The notes under the pieces: generated by a model
What the model was told of the DNA's origin: nothing
Seen by the model: the letters and a program-made list of their open reading frames with translations, nothing else
Databases searched by the model: none
Shown: positions 49,127 to 58,828 of the stretch, piece by piece
Layout of the letters: each line of letters begins with the position of its first letter
Numbering within the stretch: the first letter of the stretch is position 1
Origin: Desulfurococcaceae archaeon
Lineage (GTDB): Archaea > Thermoproteota > Thermoprotei_A > Sulfolobales > Desulfurococcaceae
NCBI GenBank assembly: GCA_038888155.1
Contig: JAWAJB010000003.1
Span: 32,001 to 96,000, forward strand
Direction of reading: 5' to 3'
DNA: 64,000 nt
Translations under genes and position numbers: made by a program

Positions 49127-49765
49127 CTAGCATTTAACATATATAAACCGAGCTACATAGTTTGGGATCTCCTGGGTAGAGCTACCAAAGCTAACGAGTA
49201 TACCTTGATCTCTCCTCTCTACAACTGCCAATTGTACGCCCGGTTTAATGCCCTCTTTGTACAAGTACTCGAGAATGCCGATGAACTCGCCCGCGATTTT
49301 GACCACACTACATGTCTCCCCCTCTAGGACTTGGCTTAACCTACTTAAGCGCACGTCCCCCGAGCTTGAGCTGGGTATATCGTTTCCGTGTGGGCAGTAC
49401 TGTGGGTAGTTCGTATATGCGTACAGCTTTTCAATGACAACGTCCGGCAAATGCTCCAAGTAGTGCGCATAGCTGTGGGAGTCCAGCTCGTTGAATCCGA
49501 GGATATTTGACAGGAAGACCTCTGCTATTCGGTGTTTCCTAACAACTAGCTCTGCTATTTTTCGCCCCCTACCTATTAGCTTTACGTAATGGTATTTCTC
49601 TCGCTTCACCAAGCCTTTGCTTTCAAGTTGCCTAATTACCTTGGAAACTGTTGCAGGAGACACCTTTAATTCCCGGGCTATATCGCTAGTCTTCGCCTCC
49701 CCAAGAGCTTCTTCAAGCCTGTAAATAGTTACAAGGTAGTCCTCGTATCTCTGCCTGTGTAGCAC
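49127..49765 (-). CDS. DtxR/IdeR-family metal-dependent regulator
   Basis: EDYLVTIY, HTH, RKHRIAEVFL, LEH, CPHGN, FeoA-like C-terminus. Confidence 0.94.
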   Translation of the reverse strand: MLHRQRYEDYLVTIYRLEEALGEAKTSDIARELKVSPATVSKVIRQLESKGLVKREKYHYVKLIGRGRKIAELVVRKHRIAEVFLSNILGFNELDSHSYAHYLEHLPDVVIEKLYAYTNYPQYCPHGNDIPSSSSGDVRLSRLSQVLEGETCSVVKIAGEFIGILEYLYKEGIKPGVQLAVVERRDQGILVSFGSSTQEIPNYVARFIYVKC

Positions 49766-49848
49766 AGTACCACCGCATTTCGTTTTAAAAATTGTATTTA
49801 TAGGGTTATAAGCAATGGAAGTATAAATTGTACATTAGGTGCTTAAGC

Positions 49849-50055
49849 ATGCCAAGAGAGATATCAGATGCAGAAGAGTTCATTAGGATCTCAGAAAGAG
49901 CACTAGAGTGCAGAGTAATCAAGTTGGACAAGGAGGGAATCGCTAAAATAAAGGCGAGGACGAAGAGGTGCTTGTACACGATAAAGATACCGCTAAGTAA
50001 CCTCGAGGACTACTTGAAGAAGTTGAAGTGCCAGAATATAAAGGAGATACAATAG
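49849..50055 (+). CDS. rpl38e: 50S ribosomal protein L38e
   Basis: MPREI.D.EEF, KIKARTKRCLYT. Confidence 0.88.
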   Translation: MPREISDAEEFIRISERALECRVIKLDKEGIAKIKARTKRCLYTIKIPLSNLEDYLKKLKCQNIKEIQ

Positions 50056-50069
50056 GGAGCAGGTAAAAG

Positions 50070-50168
50070 AGCCGGGGGCGGGATTTGAACCCGCGGTAAA
50101 GCGGGTCTCTGAGCCCCTGCTTCGAAAGCCCTGCAGCCCGCCGCCTTAGGCCGCTCGGCCACCCCGGC
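50070..50168 (-). tRNA. tRNA-Cys(GCA) with 24-nt intron 50107..50130
   Basis: Cloverleaf; U discriminator; relaxed BHB at 37/38. Confidence 0.93.
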
Positions 50169-50219
50169 GCTGTTTCTATCTCTATTTTTAGAAGTTTCTC
50201 TTATTAAAGTTTTAAATTA

Positions 50220-50296
50220 GGAGAGGCCGGGAGCGACCCGTCCCCTACTCACTCTCCTCCGGTACTCGGAGGCGTTATAGGGGCCCAGGGCTCTCC
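50220..50296 (-). ncRNA. Candidate structured ncRNA of about 77 nt
   Basis: Nested stems GGAGAG/CUCUCC, CCCCUA/UAGGGG, CCUCCG/CGGAGG; TATAAAAA about 21-28 nt upstream on the minus strand. Confidence 0.6.
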
Positions 50297-50341
50297 TTAA
50301 ATTATTGTAAAAACGATTTTATAGCTTTATCGATATCTTAT

Positions 50342-51376
50342 TTACTTAACATCGAGCTCGTTAGTTTTAGCTACTTTAATGTTTAAGACAGCTTCAGCTA
50401 TGCCATTAGAATACCTAGCAATTCTCTTTATGCTATCTAGTATTAGCGTAATAGTTATCTTCTCCTTGACATCAATGGGAGCTTCGATAACTCTAGTGTA
50501 GAGAGTGTCCTCAATTTCGCTCACTATTTTCCTACTCTCCGAGATTACTCCTTCAGCTTCCCTCCTGCTGTATGAGTAAAAAGCGCTCATAGCGTTATTA
50601 AAGAGCTCAGTATCCTTTACTAAGAAGTCGTACACGTAATCTACGTTCCTCAGGCCCTCTACTGCTAGGACGCGCTTCGCTACGTTCACGGCGTGATCAG
50701 CAACTCTCTCTAGGTTTCGAGCCACGATCCTGTAGCTCAGAGTCTCTGTTATGTTTGTTATGCCTAGCTCGTGCTGCACTTTTATGCTCAGGAGAGATGA
50801 AGAGAGCTCCCTCGCTATCATGTGGTGAAATCTATCTGCTTCGTCATCTCTTTGTATAACTATGTGAGCTATATCGAGATCACCAGATTTAAGCAGGTTA
50901 GCGCAGTCTTGTAGCATGCTGTTCACAATTAAGTGAAGCCTCCTTATGGCGTTAATTAAAGGCAGCTCGTGTAGGTCCAGCAGTACCTTGAAGGTAACGC
51001 TGTTGTAAGTTTCCTCTATTACCTCTATTCCTGGAAGCTTTATCCTAGATAAGCTCTTGATTTCGCTGACTAGCTTCGCCAGATCGGGAATGCTCTTATC
51101 GAAAGCGATATTGATTATGTTGTATCCACTTATGTATGCCCCTAGGATTACCCTGAACACCTGCGAAGAGTCGACTCCCGGGTAGACTCTGATGTTCATT
51201 TTTAGCTGAGAAGACTCAATCGTAGGCGGCGTTATGATCAATTTATCGCCTACTTTCTCAACGATTACGTAGTCCCCGCTCTTTAGCCGAGTTGCTTCAA
51301 TCCACTCCTTTGGTAGTGTAATTATAAATGAAGACGATCCGGTCTTTTGAACTCTCCTCCTCTCTATTCCAATCAA
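50342..51376 (-). CDS. phoU: Phosphate uptake regulator, AbrB-PhoU type
   Basis: RRVQKTGSSSFIITLPKEW, RDDEADR, LERVADHA. Confidence 0.9.
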   Translation of the reverse strand: MIGIERRRVQKTGSSSFIITLPKEWIEATRLKSGDYVIVEKVGDKLIITPPTIESSQLKMNIRVYPGVDSSQVFRVILGAYISGYNIINIAFDKSIPDLAKLVSEIKSLSRIKLPGIEVIEETYNSVTFKVLLDLHELPLINAIRRLHLIVNSMLQDCANLLKSGDLDIAHIVIQRDDEADRFHHMIARELSSSLLSIKVQHELGITNITETLSYRIVARNLERVADHAVNVAKRVLAVEGLRNVDYVYDFLVKDTELFNNAMSAFYSYSRREAEGVISESRKIVSEIEDTLYTRVIEAPIDVKEKITITLILDSIKRIARYSNGIAEAVLNIKVAKTNELDVK

Positions 51377-51699
51377 ATTCTAATCACCCACTTCCATTAG
51401 TTGTTGCGTTTTTACTCAGCCGTATTTGTAATGGTAACTAAGCAATCTTATAAATATGTCAATTTACGTAATTATAGAAAGATTTCACATTTACGCAGAT
51501 ATACAAATATATGCACTAGCGAGAACATAATTACGGCTAAGGCAGTCCCCGGTGTTAAAAATTAAGCTAAGCTATATCGATTGGACTTAATATAACTCCT
51601 AAATATTCACAAAAAGTAATTAAAGGTGGGTTTAAAGTTTTGTAAAAACAAGTACTTTAGAGTTCAAGTAGCTTAAGCCGTCGCCAATCCCCTGTTAGA

Positions 51700-53475
51700 T
51701 CAATACAAATACATAGAGGTATATTCAATAAGTTCATCGATCATATCGCAGAGCTCGTTTATATTCCTAGTGTACTCTGTTAAAATCATTACGTGCTCTG
51801 GGCTCGATTTTTCTACCTTGAGGAGATCTCTTAGAACCTGTAGCTTAGGTACAGGGAAGTTGAGGTATGAAAGTCCGTAGGGATCCTGCCTGTACCTTAC
51901 ATCGTACACGTAGAGCATAGGGACAAGGGTTCTCGAGTACTTTATTAACAGCGCATTCAGCTTCTCTACCAGTTTAGAGTCAAGTCTGATAGCAGCAGAC
52001 GAGGTAAGATCGTTTAGAATAGAGGAGTAGTTGGATAGCTTCTCAACGCTGCTCATGCACTTTTTAAATCTCCCTAGGATGATCCCCGCCTCACTCATTC
52101 GCGTCTCAGCCTCCCTGAAAGCTTCGCGGACAACATTAGTTGATTTCGAGAAGTCGTAAGGTAGAATTGGGGCAGTTGTCAGCTCGTGCACTGCTGATAC
52201 GTGCACTTTAATGCTTCTCTCTAGGGCAACTTCATCTACTTTATCAAGGGTATCCTCGTCGCTGTGGTACCACCACCCAAGGTAAACTGGCGTATACCTG
52301 CCAACTTCTCTAATGATTACGTCTCTGGGGAACATCGTGTTTACTGATGCCGACGGCACGCCCACGCCTAAAACGGATTGATCTCCCACTTTCATGACCC
52401 TCAGCACTTCTTCGGGCTCCGATTTATCAGCGCTCCTAATAATTTTCACCCAGAACGGCTGTAGCTCTTCGCTACTCCTCACCATGAATTTGTCTGTTCC
52501 CTTCATTCCCGGAGAGTCAACGTTGATCCAGGCAACGCAACCCTCGCGTAGTTCATCCCAGAAGTTGTCTACATACCATGAGGACCCAGACATTATGCCT
52601 GTTTCGTGGCCAGACCACCACGCAACTCTCAACCCGCGCTTCATGCTCCCCTTTAATTCGTTAAAAACGCGGGCCAATTCAAGCAAGAGGGCATTTCCTG
52701 TCGCGTTATCGGTTGCTCCAGGGCCCCAGCAGTCGTAGTGCCCATGAACTACGACAAACTTTTTGTCAACGGCCCCGTCAATGTAGGCAACGATGTCGTG
52801 TATTGGCATATACCCGCTCCACGCTACAGTCTTTAGCCTGACTTTTAGGCTCCCGTGTGCGTCTAGGACCTCCTTTAAGTACTTTCCATCGGCTTTTGTC
52901 ACAGCTAAAGCCGGTATCCTAGTAATCCTGTTGACTTGATCTCTAGTTGGAAGCCCCCATATAGATTTAACAGTTCCATAGGGCAAGATCCTCCTTTCCT
53001 CTAGTCCCCAGTTAATTTGTATTTGAGCAATAGCTCCTCTCTCCTGCGCGATTCTAACTTTCTCTGGCCTCGGAGGCGCATAAGATAGCTCGGCAAGCGT
53101 TATTTTCCCAGATACGCTTTTACCAAGGTAATCTTCAAGCCCCCCTGCGCCTACGTAAACTACCTCTCCCTCTATTCCCTCTTCAGGGGTTTGAGCAGAG
53201 TGGGCGTAAGTTCTACACGGCACTTTGAGCTGAACTGGATGGATGACCTCGAGTTCACAAGTAGAAGGTCTACTAACGTACCCGGGGTGCTCATAAACCT
53301 CGTACTTAACTCCATAGGAGTCAAGGGTTTTCCTAATATAATCCACGAAAATGCTTTCTTCGGCAGAACCAGCAAGCTTTTGTCCGATGTTAGTAATATT
53401 TACTACGTGCTTCATTACTTCGCTTAGTGAGATCTCTTTAAGGGGATCTATGGGAAAGCCCATAAAGTGCCCCAT
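51700..53475 (-). CDS. M28 family aminopeptidase with PA domain
   Basis: GHYD, GATDNATG, WSGHE, NVDSPG, YHSDEDT. Confidence 0.92.
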   Translation of the reverse strand: MGHFMGFPIDPLKEISLSEVMKHVVNITNIGQKLAGSAEESIFVDYIRKTLDSYGVKYEVYEHPGYVSRPSTCELEVIHPVQLKVPCRTYAHSAQTPEEGIEGEVVYVGAGGLEDYLGKSVSGKITLAELSYAPPRPEKVRIAQERGAIAQIQINWGLEERRILPYGTVKSIWGLPTRDQVNRITRIPALAVTKADGKYLKEVLDAHGSLKVRLKTVAWSGYMPIHDIVAYIDGAVDKKFVVVHGHYDCWGPGATDNATGNALLLELARVFNELKGSMKRGLRVAWWSGHETGIMSGSSWYVDNFWDELREGCVAWINVDSPGMKGTDKFMVRSSEELQPFWVKIIRSADKSEPEEVLRVMKVGDQSVLGVGVPSASVNTMFPRDVIIREVGRYTPVYLGWWYHSDEDTLDKVDEVALERSIKVHVSAVHELTTAPILPYDFSKSTNVVREAFREAETRMSEAGIILGRFKKCMSSVEKLSNYSSILNDLTSSAAIRLDSKLVEKLNALLIKYSRTLVPMLYVYDVRYRQDPYGLSYLNFPVPKLQVLRDLLKVEKSSPEHVMILTEYTRNINELCDMIDELIEYTSMYLY

Positions 53476-53609
53476 ATTTTATATAACTATGTACTTAATT
53501 TACTTATATATTAGCCTTGGCACAAATCTGTGTCCCCAAAGCTGTAGAGTGCTCCAGTAATTGTTGGGGGACGGGCACTTAGTTAGATGTAGTATTAAGC
53601 AAAGCTTAG

Positions 53610-53715
53610 TGGGCCCGCGGGGATTTGAACCCCGGACCTCCGCCTTTCCTAGGCCTACCAGTACACAGCTATAGCTTGTAAGGGCGGCATCCTAGCCAGG
53701 CTAGACGACGGGCCC
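53610..53715 (-). tRNA. tRNA-Val(UAC) with 31-nt intron 53646..53676
   Basis: Cloverleaf; CUUA:UAGG central helix. Confidence 0.93.
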
Positions 53716-53812
53716 TCGCTACCTCTTTCCTACTTTAATTAAAAGGAATGAAGCAGGTTTTAAAAACGTTACTCCCCAATCTTAGGACCCTACATGTAGC
53801 AGTATATTTGTA

Positions 53813-54457
53813 TCAAGTTGCTCCACTTCTATCAACGCACCTGAGAGAGTTCTTTGTATTTAGGATGAGGACGCGAGTATCCTCTAATAGCCTAGCAGCT
53901 ACATCGACTTTGTGCCTAACTCCAGGTATTAGAGACTCTGGGTAATCTAGGGCTTTCAAGTTGTTGAAAATTGCCTCCATGATGCTTAAGTAAGTCTCAG
54001 CTTCTGCGACTTTTATTTCGTTTAGTAGCTTGACTACAAATCTTCTAAGCTCCCCCACAACATCGCCTAGTCCCTGTAAGTAGGGTACGAGGGGAACGCT
54101 TATCTCGCGGCGCGAAGGCATTCTCCCCTCAACAACGATGGAGTAAACTACGTATGCCTCTACGTACTCGCTAAGTCCATTAAAAATCAGCCCCGAGTAC
54201 TTCAAATCGGGGTGGGGGTCAACCAACTCTAAGAGGGACGAGACAAGCTCCTTAACTTTAGCTAGGAGCGCCTGGGCCTCTTTGTATTTACCGTAGTGGA
54301 CGCTATTAACCACGCTACCCGAAATCCTCGTTATTTCGCGAATGACCTTAATAGCGCTCTCTCTCGTCGAGTCCTTCTCCTTTAAAACGCCGTTTATTTC
54401 TTCGATGTCGCATGCAATTGCGTTTGTTATCGAGGCTACTAATTCCTCCACAAGCAC
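53813..54457 (-). CDS. Translin/TRAX-family protein
   Basis: EYVEA, YLQGLGDVVGELRR, RHKVD. Confidence 0.9.
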   Translation of the reverse strand: MLVEELVASITNAIACDIEEINGVLKEKDSTRESAIKVIREITRISGSVVNSVHYGKYKEAQALLAKVKELVSSLLELVDPHPDLKYSGLIFNGLSEYVEAYVVYSIVVEGRMPSRREISVPLVPYLQGLGDVVGELRRFVVKLLNEIKVAEAETYLSIMEAIFNNLKALDYPESLIPGVRHKVDVAARLLEDTRVLILNTKNSLRCVDRSGAT

Positions 54458-54545
54458 ACCACTTTGTAAATTAGGGCTTTAGCTATAATACCTTCTTCAG
54501 TAAAATTTTTTAGGTATTTACAGGAAACTAGATTTTAGTGTTGCG

Positions 54546-54629
54546 CCCGCCGTAGCTCAGCGGCAGAGCGCCCGGCTGTAGTGAGGAGTAGACACCGGGG
54601 GGTCGGGGGTTCAAGTCCCCCCGGCGGGA
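54546..54629 (+). tRNA. tRNA-Tyr(GUA) with 12-nt intron 54582..54593
   Basis: C1-G72 acceptor pair, CUGUAG loop, CUGU:GUAG helix. Confidence 0.94.
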
Positions 54630-54672
54630 CTCGCTTCTCGATTTGCCTTAGCTTTAATTCACTCTGAGGAAG

Positions 54673-54723
54673 TCAGCTCGGCTCTTCTACATCACTCTAT
54701 CAGGTACGCTTTTGCCTCCTCAT
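54673..54723 (-). ncRNA. C/D box sRNA overlapping the glycosyltransferase stop codon
   Basis: ATGAGGA-13nt-CTGA-GTGATGT-agaagagccgag-CTGA; D guide complementary to 23S UCGGCUCUUC (about 2506-2515). Confidence 0.8.
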
Positions 54724-55835
54724 CCTGCGTTGCCATTTATTATCGGTTCAACTACCTGATATATTTTTCTCCTGAACTCCCTTCGATCTAACTGGAGGGC
54801 CCTCCTGTATGCTCTCCAGCTTACTTGATTCCACAGACTAGGGTTAGACGCTAGCTCCCTAACTATACAAGAAACTTCGCTGATTATGCTGTAGGGCCTA
54901 GCTACGTGAATATCCTGGCGGGCTATGTCAATCCATCCACCGGAGTTTACAGGCACTATAACTGGAGTAGCAGCGGCCATTGCCTCAACAATGCTGATTC
55001 CAAAGTGCTCTCTTGGCGTTATGTGAACGTAAACAAGGGCCTTTCTATACAACTCAACAAGCTTCTCTCTCGTTATGTTAATGTGCAGGTCAACGAAATC
55101 GTCTACTCCCTCCTTAGCGGCTAAATCCATGAGGGACTCATACAGGAGCTTGTTGTAGTTGGACAGCACGCCCACCAGGTTTACCCTAGAAATTTTCTGC
55201 TTTTTGAGGCTTTTGGCTAGTTGAACTACTAGCTCGGGGTGTTTTTCAGGGCTTATCCTGGCGACCGTCAACACGTAGTTCTCCCTGCTACTTAAAGGCA
55301 ACGGCTCCTTGTGGATAATGTCGTCTAAGTTAACTGGTGGGTTTATTATAATCGGGTCTACTCTGAAATAGCGCTTGAAAAAGCTAGCCGTAAACCACGA
55401 GTTAGCTAAGTACACTTTAACCTTGCGCGATAACAACGGGAATAGAACGGTGTTCGTGATAGAGTAAGTTTTACCGAAGAGGTCAAATATGCCGTACAAA
55501 GGAGAGTAGTAAACTCTGTAGTCTAAGAAAGAAGGGTAGTGGAGGTAGACAACATCCCCTGCCCCAGAGAGAACATCGCCGCTAGTGTTGATAACTAGCT
55601 TCGAGTTGTTGTACGTCCCTCCTATGCCTATACCCATGAGATCCTTCCTGTTAACTCCAAAGAAATTAGCCAGCTCAAATAAATCACAACGAGATGATAT
55701 AAGTGGGCTGTCTATGTACGTCTCAAAGCCCCTCTCAGCAAAAGCTATAGCTGTCTCTAGCATCACGTAGTGAGAGCCGCCTAATCCCATTAGCTTGGCG
55801 TTCAACATGTGGTGTTTAACAACTACGCTTTTCAC
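54720..55835 (-). CDS. GT4 glycosyltransferase (ALG11-like)
   Basis: ANSWFT, ARISPEK, EHFGISIVEAMAA. Confidence 0.9.
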   Translation of the reverse strand: MKSVVVKHHMLNAKLMGLGGSHYVMLETAIAFAERGFETYIDSPLISSRCDLFELANFFGVNRKDLMGIGIGGTYNNSKLVINTSGDVLSGAGDVVYLHYPSFLDYRVYYSPLYGIFDLFGKTYSITNTVLFPLLSRKVKVYLANSWFTASFFKRYFRVDPIIINPPVNLDDIIHKEPLPLSSRENYVLTVARISPEKHPELVVQLAKSLKKQKISRVNLVGVLSNYNKLLYESLMDLAAKEGVDDFVDLHINITREKLVELYRKALVYVHITPREHFGISIVEAMAAATPVIVPVNSGGWIDIARQDIHVARPYSIISEVSCIVRELASNPSLWNQVSWRAYRRALQLDRREFRRKIYQVVEPIINGNAG

Positions 55836-55846
55836 GTCACTTCACC

Positions 55847-56929
55847 TTAAGGTAGGGAAAGCGCGCAGTAGCCCTTACTGAGCAAATGGCTTCTCAGCCC
55901 CTCTGTATTATCTGCACGAGAGGAATCTATTATAACTAACTCTGGGTTAGCCAACTTAACGTATTCAACTAAGTCGGCGAAATCCGCGTGATCACTCAAA
56001 GATATTACATATGTGTAGTCATCTATCTTCTTGAATGGCTCATTAGTGAACCTGCCCGTTAGAACAATATAAAGCGCGTTATTATCTAGCCTCCTGAAGC
56101 GAGCAGTGTTGAAGTGCTTAAAGAACACTAATCTGTCTGATTTCACAGGTGATCTCTCCTTAAAGTACTCTCCGTACTTGTAGCCATACTTGCACTCGAG
56201 GAGCTTTGTTGCACGATAGACTTTATCGGGTAACACAAAGGGGACTCCTATGTCGTTCTCTCTAAGAATACTCATAGCCTCCTGTATCTTCCCGTGGTAA
56301 GCGTAAATATAAACTCTCTTATACTTGGAGAGACCCTCTGAGACAAGGTCCGCCAGTATTTGAGGTACAGTGCTCTTGTAGTTGCGCACGAACGTTGGAT
56401 CACTGTATGTAGCCTCAATAACTAATACATTTGGGTTCTCCAAGATCTCTGTTTTATCGGTTAGCTTAAAGTCACCAGTGTAGCCTAAGGAGATCCCCCT
56501 ATCCTTCAACTTAACTAAGACCTGCGAAGCGCCGGGTATGTGGTCAACTTTAAGCAGGGTGCAGGTCTCTTCATTGGCGACGAAAGCTTCGTGGTAGTTC
56601 AGCGCTTGGCCCTTGAGCCTTAAAAGGGGCGCGAGCTCCTGCTTAACATAGCCCAACGCCTCCACGAGATCTAGCGTAATAGACGATGCAATGACTCGGC
56701 TAGAGTGCTTTATGCTTTCCTCTAGCCCGCATAAGTGGTCAGAATGCGCGTGCGTAATTACTCTTATAGGTCTATTAGAGAACCCATCCACAGTGAAATA
56801 TCTCCCGAGCAGGATTGCCCCATTTCTGAGGATATTCACGTATTTCAAGTACTCTTCGTATTTGTACTCACAAAGCGAAAGACTCAATGCAGACACCACT
56901 AAGGCATCTCGCTGTGTATGAACCTCCAC
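55847..56929 (-). CDS. MBL-fold (beta-CASP-like) nuclease
   Basis: THAHSDH, HIPG, YTGDFK, EATY, SDHAD. Confidence 0.88.
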   Translation of the reverse strand: MEVHTQRDALVVSALSLSLCEYKYEEYLKYVNILRNGAILLGRYFTVDGFSNRPIRVITHAHSDHLCGLEESIKHSSRVIASSITLDLVEALGYVKQELAPLLRLKGQALNYHEAFVANEETCTLLKVDHIPGASQVLVKLKDRGISLGYTGDFKLTDKTEILENPNVLVIEATYSDPTFVRNYKSTVPQILADLVSEGLSKYKRVYIYAYHGKIQEAMSILRENDIGVPFVLPDKVYRATKLLECKYGYKYGEYFKERSPVKSDRLVFFKHFNTARFRRLDNNALYIVLTGRFTNEPFKKIDDYTYVISLSDHADFADLVEYVKLANPELVIIDSSRADNTEGLRSHLLSKGYCALSLP

Positions 56930-57597
56930 TTCTTTGTCTTGGGGTCAAATATGATGAAGTTATCATTGTACAGCGCCTTCCAGAGCGCATACCCCCTCTG
57001 GCCAAGCACTTGAGTTATTTCTTCCTCTTTGTTTGAGGACACTTCACTTGTTAATTTATCCTTGAACTCCTCCCAAAACTCTTGGTCTACAGCTATTCTC
57101 TCCCTGCTTAACTTTAAAACAACAGCGCCTGTCCTCTCGAAGTAAGAGAACAGTCGATCCCGTTGAATCGTCGCTGGTAGCTTGCTCTCGAAAAGCACTT
57201 TCTCGTCCTTTAGCCTCTCAATTGCGGACTTGCCCGAAGGCCTTTGTTGAGGCCTATCTGTAGCCCTCCCTTTAGTAGAGCTCTCAATGGCCTCTAGCCT
57301 ATGCTTAATAGAGTCTAATTCATCGTATAACTCTGAGATCTGCCTCCTCAGCGTCTCTACCCCTGCAAGCCGTTTGTTCAGCTCATCCTGTATGTATCGC
57401 TCGAGCTTTACCCTCATCTTTTCCGTGGAATCTTCTCCCTTTATTTCACGATCTCGCTTTGCGTAGTTTGCTATTATTGAGAGGACAAGCTCGTGCACGC
57501 TTCCCCACCCCTCCCTCCTCGCCAGCTCTTCGAGTGTGCTGTGTAATTCCTCGGGCAATTCAATTTTGATCTCTTTTATTTTTCTCTTAGCGTCCAT
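56899..57597 (-). CDS. RHH/CopG-like N-terminus plus coiled-coil protein
   Basis: IKIELPEELHSTLEELARREG.GSV; heptad-repeat region. Confidence 0.65.
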   Translation of the reverse strand: MDAKRKIKEIKIELPEELHSTLEELARREGWGSVHELVLSIIANYAKRDREIKGEDSTEKMRVKLERYIQDELNKRLAGVETLRRQISELYDELDSIKHRLEAIESSTKGRATDRPQQRPSGKSAIERLKDEKVLFESKLPATIQRDRLFSYFERTGAVVLKLSRERIAVDQEFWEEFKDKLTSEVSSNKEEEITQVLGQRGYALWKALYNDNFIIFDPKTKKWRFIHSEMP

Positions 57598-57690
57598 GCG
57601 CTCACTTCTCTACCTCTCACTTAAGCAACGTCCCTAAAAAGTAAAAACAGAGCCCAACAGTAAATAATTTAACTGTATACCATAGTTTAG

Positions 57691-58548
57691 GTGCCCAAAT
57701 TGCTCTACAGCGATGCGCATCTCCACGTAAATCCAACTAAAGGGCTAGGAGCAGCTAGAATAGCTAGGAAATTTACGGGCGAGGGCGGCTGGTTCATTGC
57801 AATTGTGGGCCTCCCGCCTCGCTATTACGGCTTCGCGGATCCCAGCGTAGAGTCCTACAGAAGGGTGCTCGACTTAGTCAACAACGAGTACCTAAAGGCC
57901 AAAGAAGAGGGTATCGAGGCAGCTAGGTTTATTGGCATACATCCAGCTGAAGTAGACGAGTACCTCAGAGAGGGGCTGAAGTTAAACAGCTTGGTGCGGT
58001 TAACTGAGGAAGTGCTAAAGCTTCTAGAAGAAGCTGTCAAGAACCAAAGAGTAGAAGGTATAGGCGAAGTAGGGAGGCAACACTACAGCACAAGTCCCGA
58101 GAGACTTGTGCTCTCCGAGATTATAATGGTGCGAGCGCTCCTCATTGCCCGCGACTACAGAGTACCGGTTCAGCTCCACCTAGAGCAGGGGGGATTCCCA
58201 ACAGCTTACTCAGTTAAATTGCTCTCGGAGATAGCCGGTGTGGACGCGTCTAGAGTCTTAATACACCACGCTAACTTGGAGACCGCTAAGTGGGCAGAAC
58301 AGCTCTCAATGCCGTTCACAGCTCCCATTAGGCACTTTAACGAAGAATACGCCCTGAACGCTTGGAAGCACGGCATGTTCGAGTCAGACTTCATAGATGA
58401 CCTGTCCAGGCCGGGGTCTTCTGCCTACCCTTGGGATATACCAAGGGTTGTAAAAGACTACTTAACTAGAGGGCTTATAAGTGAAGAGCAAGCTTATAAG
58501 ATGCTCGTTGACAACGTAGTTAAGTACTTCAACGTTAAACCGCCCTAG
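57691..58548 (+). CDS. TatD-family hydrolase
   Basis: DAHLH, GIHPAE, GIGEVGR, LHLE, ESDFIDD. Confidence 0.9.
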   Translation: MPKLLYSDAHLHVNPTKGLGAARIARKFTGEGGWFIAIVGLPPRYYGFADPSVESYRRVLDLVNNEYLKAKEEGIEAARFIGIHPAEVDEYLREGLKLNSLVRLTEEVLKLLEEAVKNQRVEGIGEVGRQHYSTSPERLVLSEIIMVRALLIARDYRVPVQLHLEQGGFPTAYSVKLLSEIAGVDASRVLIHHANLETAKWAEQLSMPFTAPIRHFNEEYALNAWKHGMFESDFIDDLSRPGSSAYPWDIPRVVKDYLTRGLISEEQAYKMLVDNVVKYFNVKPP

Positions 58549-58815
58549 GTGTCAAAAACGGAGTGCGAGATATGCAACAAGAAGGCAGCTACCCATAAGT
58601 GTAGCATCTGCGGGAGAAGGGCGTGCGATGATGACTTTAATCATCTCAAGGGGCACTGCCTCGTGTGCGAGAATGCGCTCTGCAAGCTGTGCGGCAATCA
58701 CTTGTCAATAGGCACTTGTAAGCACTGCGGAAGGCACGCCTGCGAGAGATGCCTCGTGCAAGTGTCTTTAATTGAATACGTGTGCATAGAGTGCTACAGG
58801 AGAGGTCTAAGATAA
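58549..58815 (+). CDS. Multi-CxxC zinc-finger protein
   Basis: Seven CxxC pairs in 88 aa. Confidence 0.8.
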   Translation: MSKTECEICNKKAATHKCSICGRRACDDDFNHLKGHCLVCENALCKLCGNHLSIGTCKHCGRHACERCLVQVSLIEYVCIECYRRGLR

Positions 58816-58828
58816 GTTGGTGTAAACT

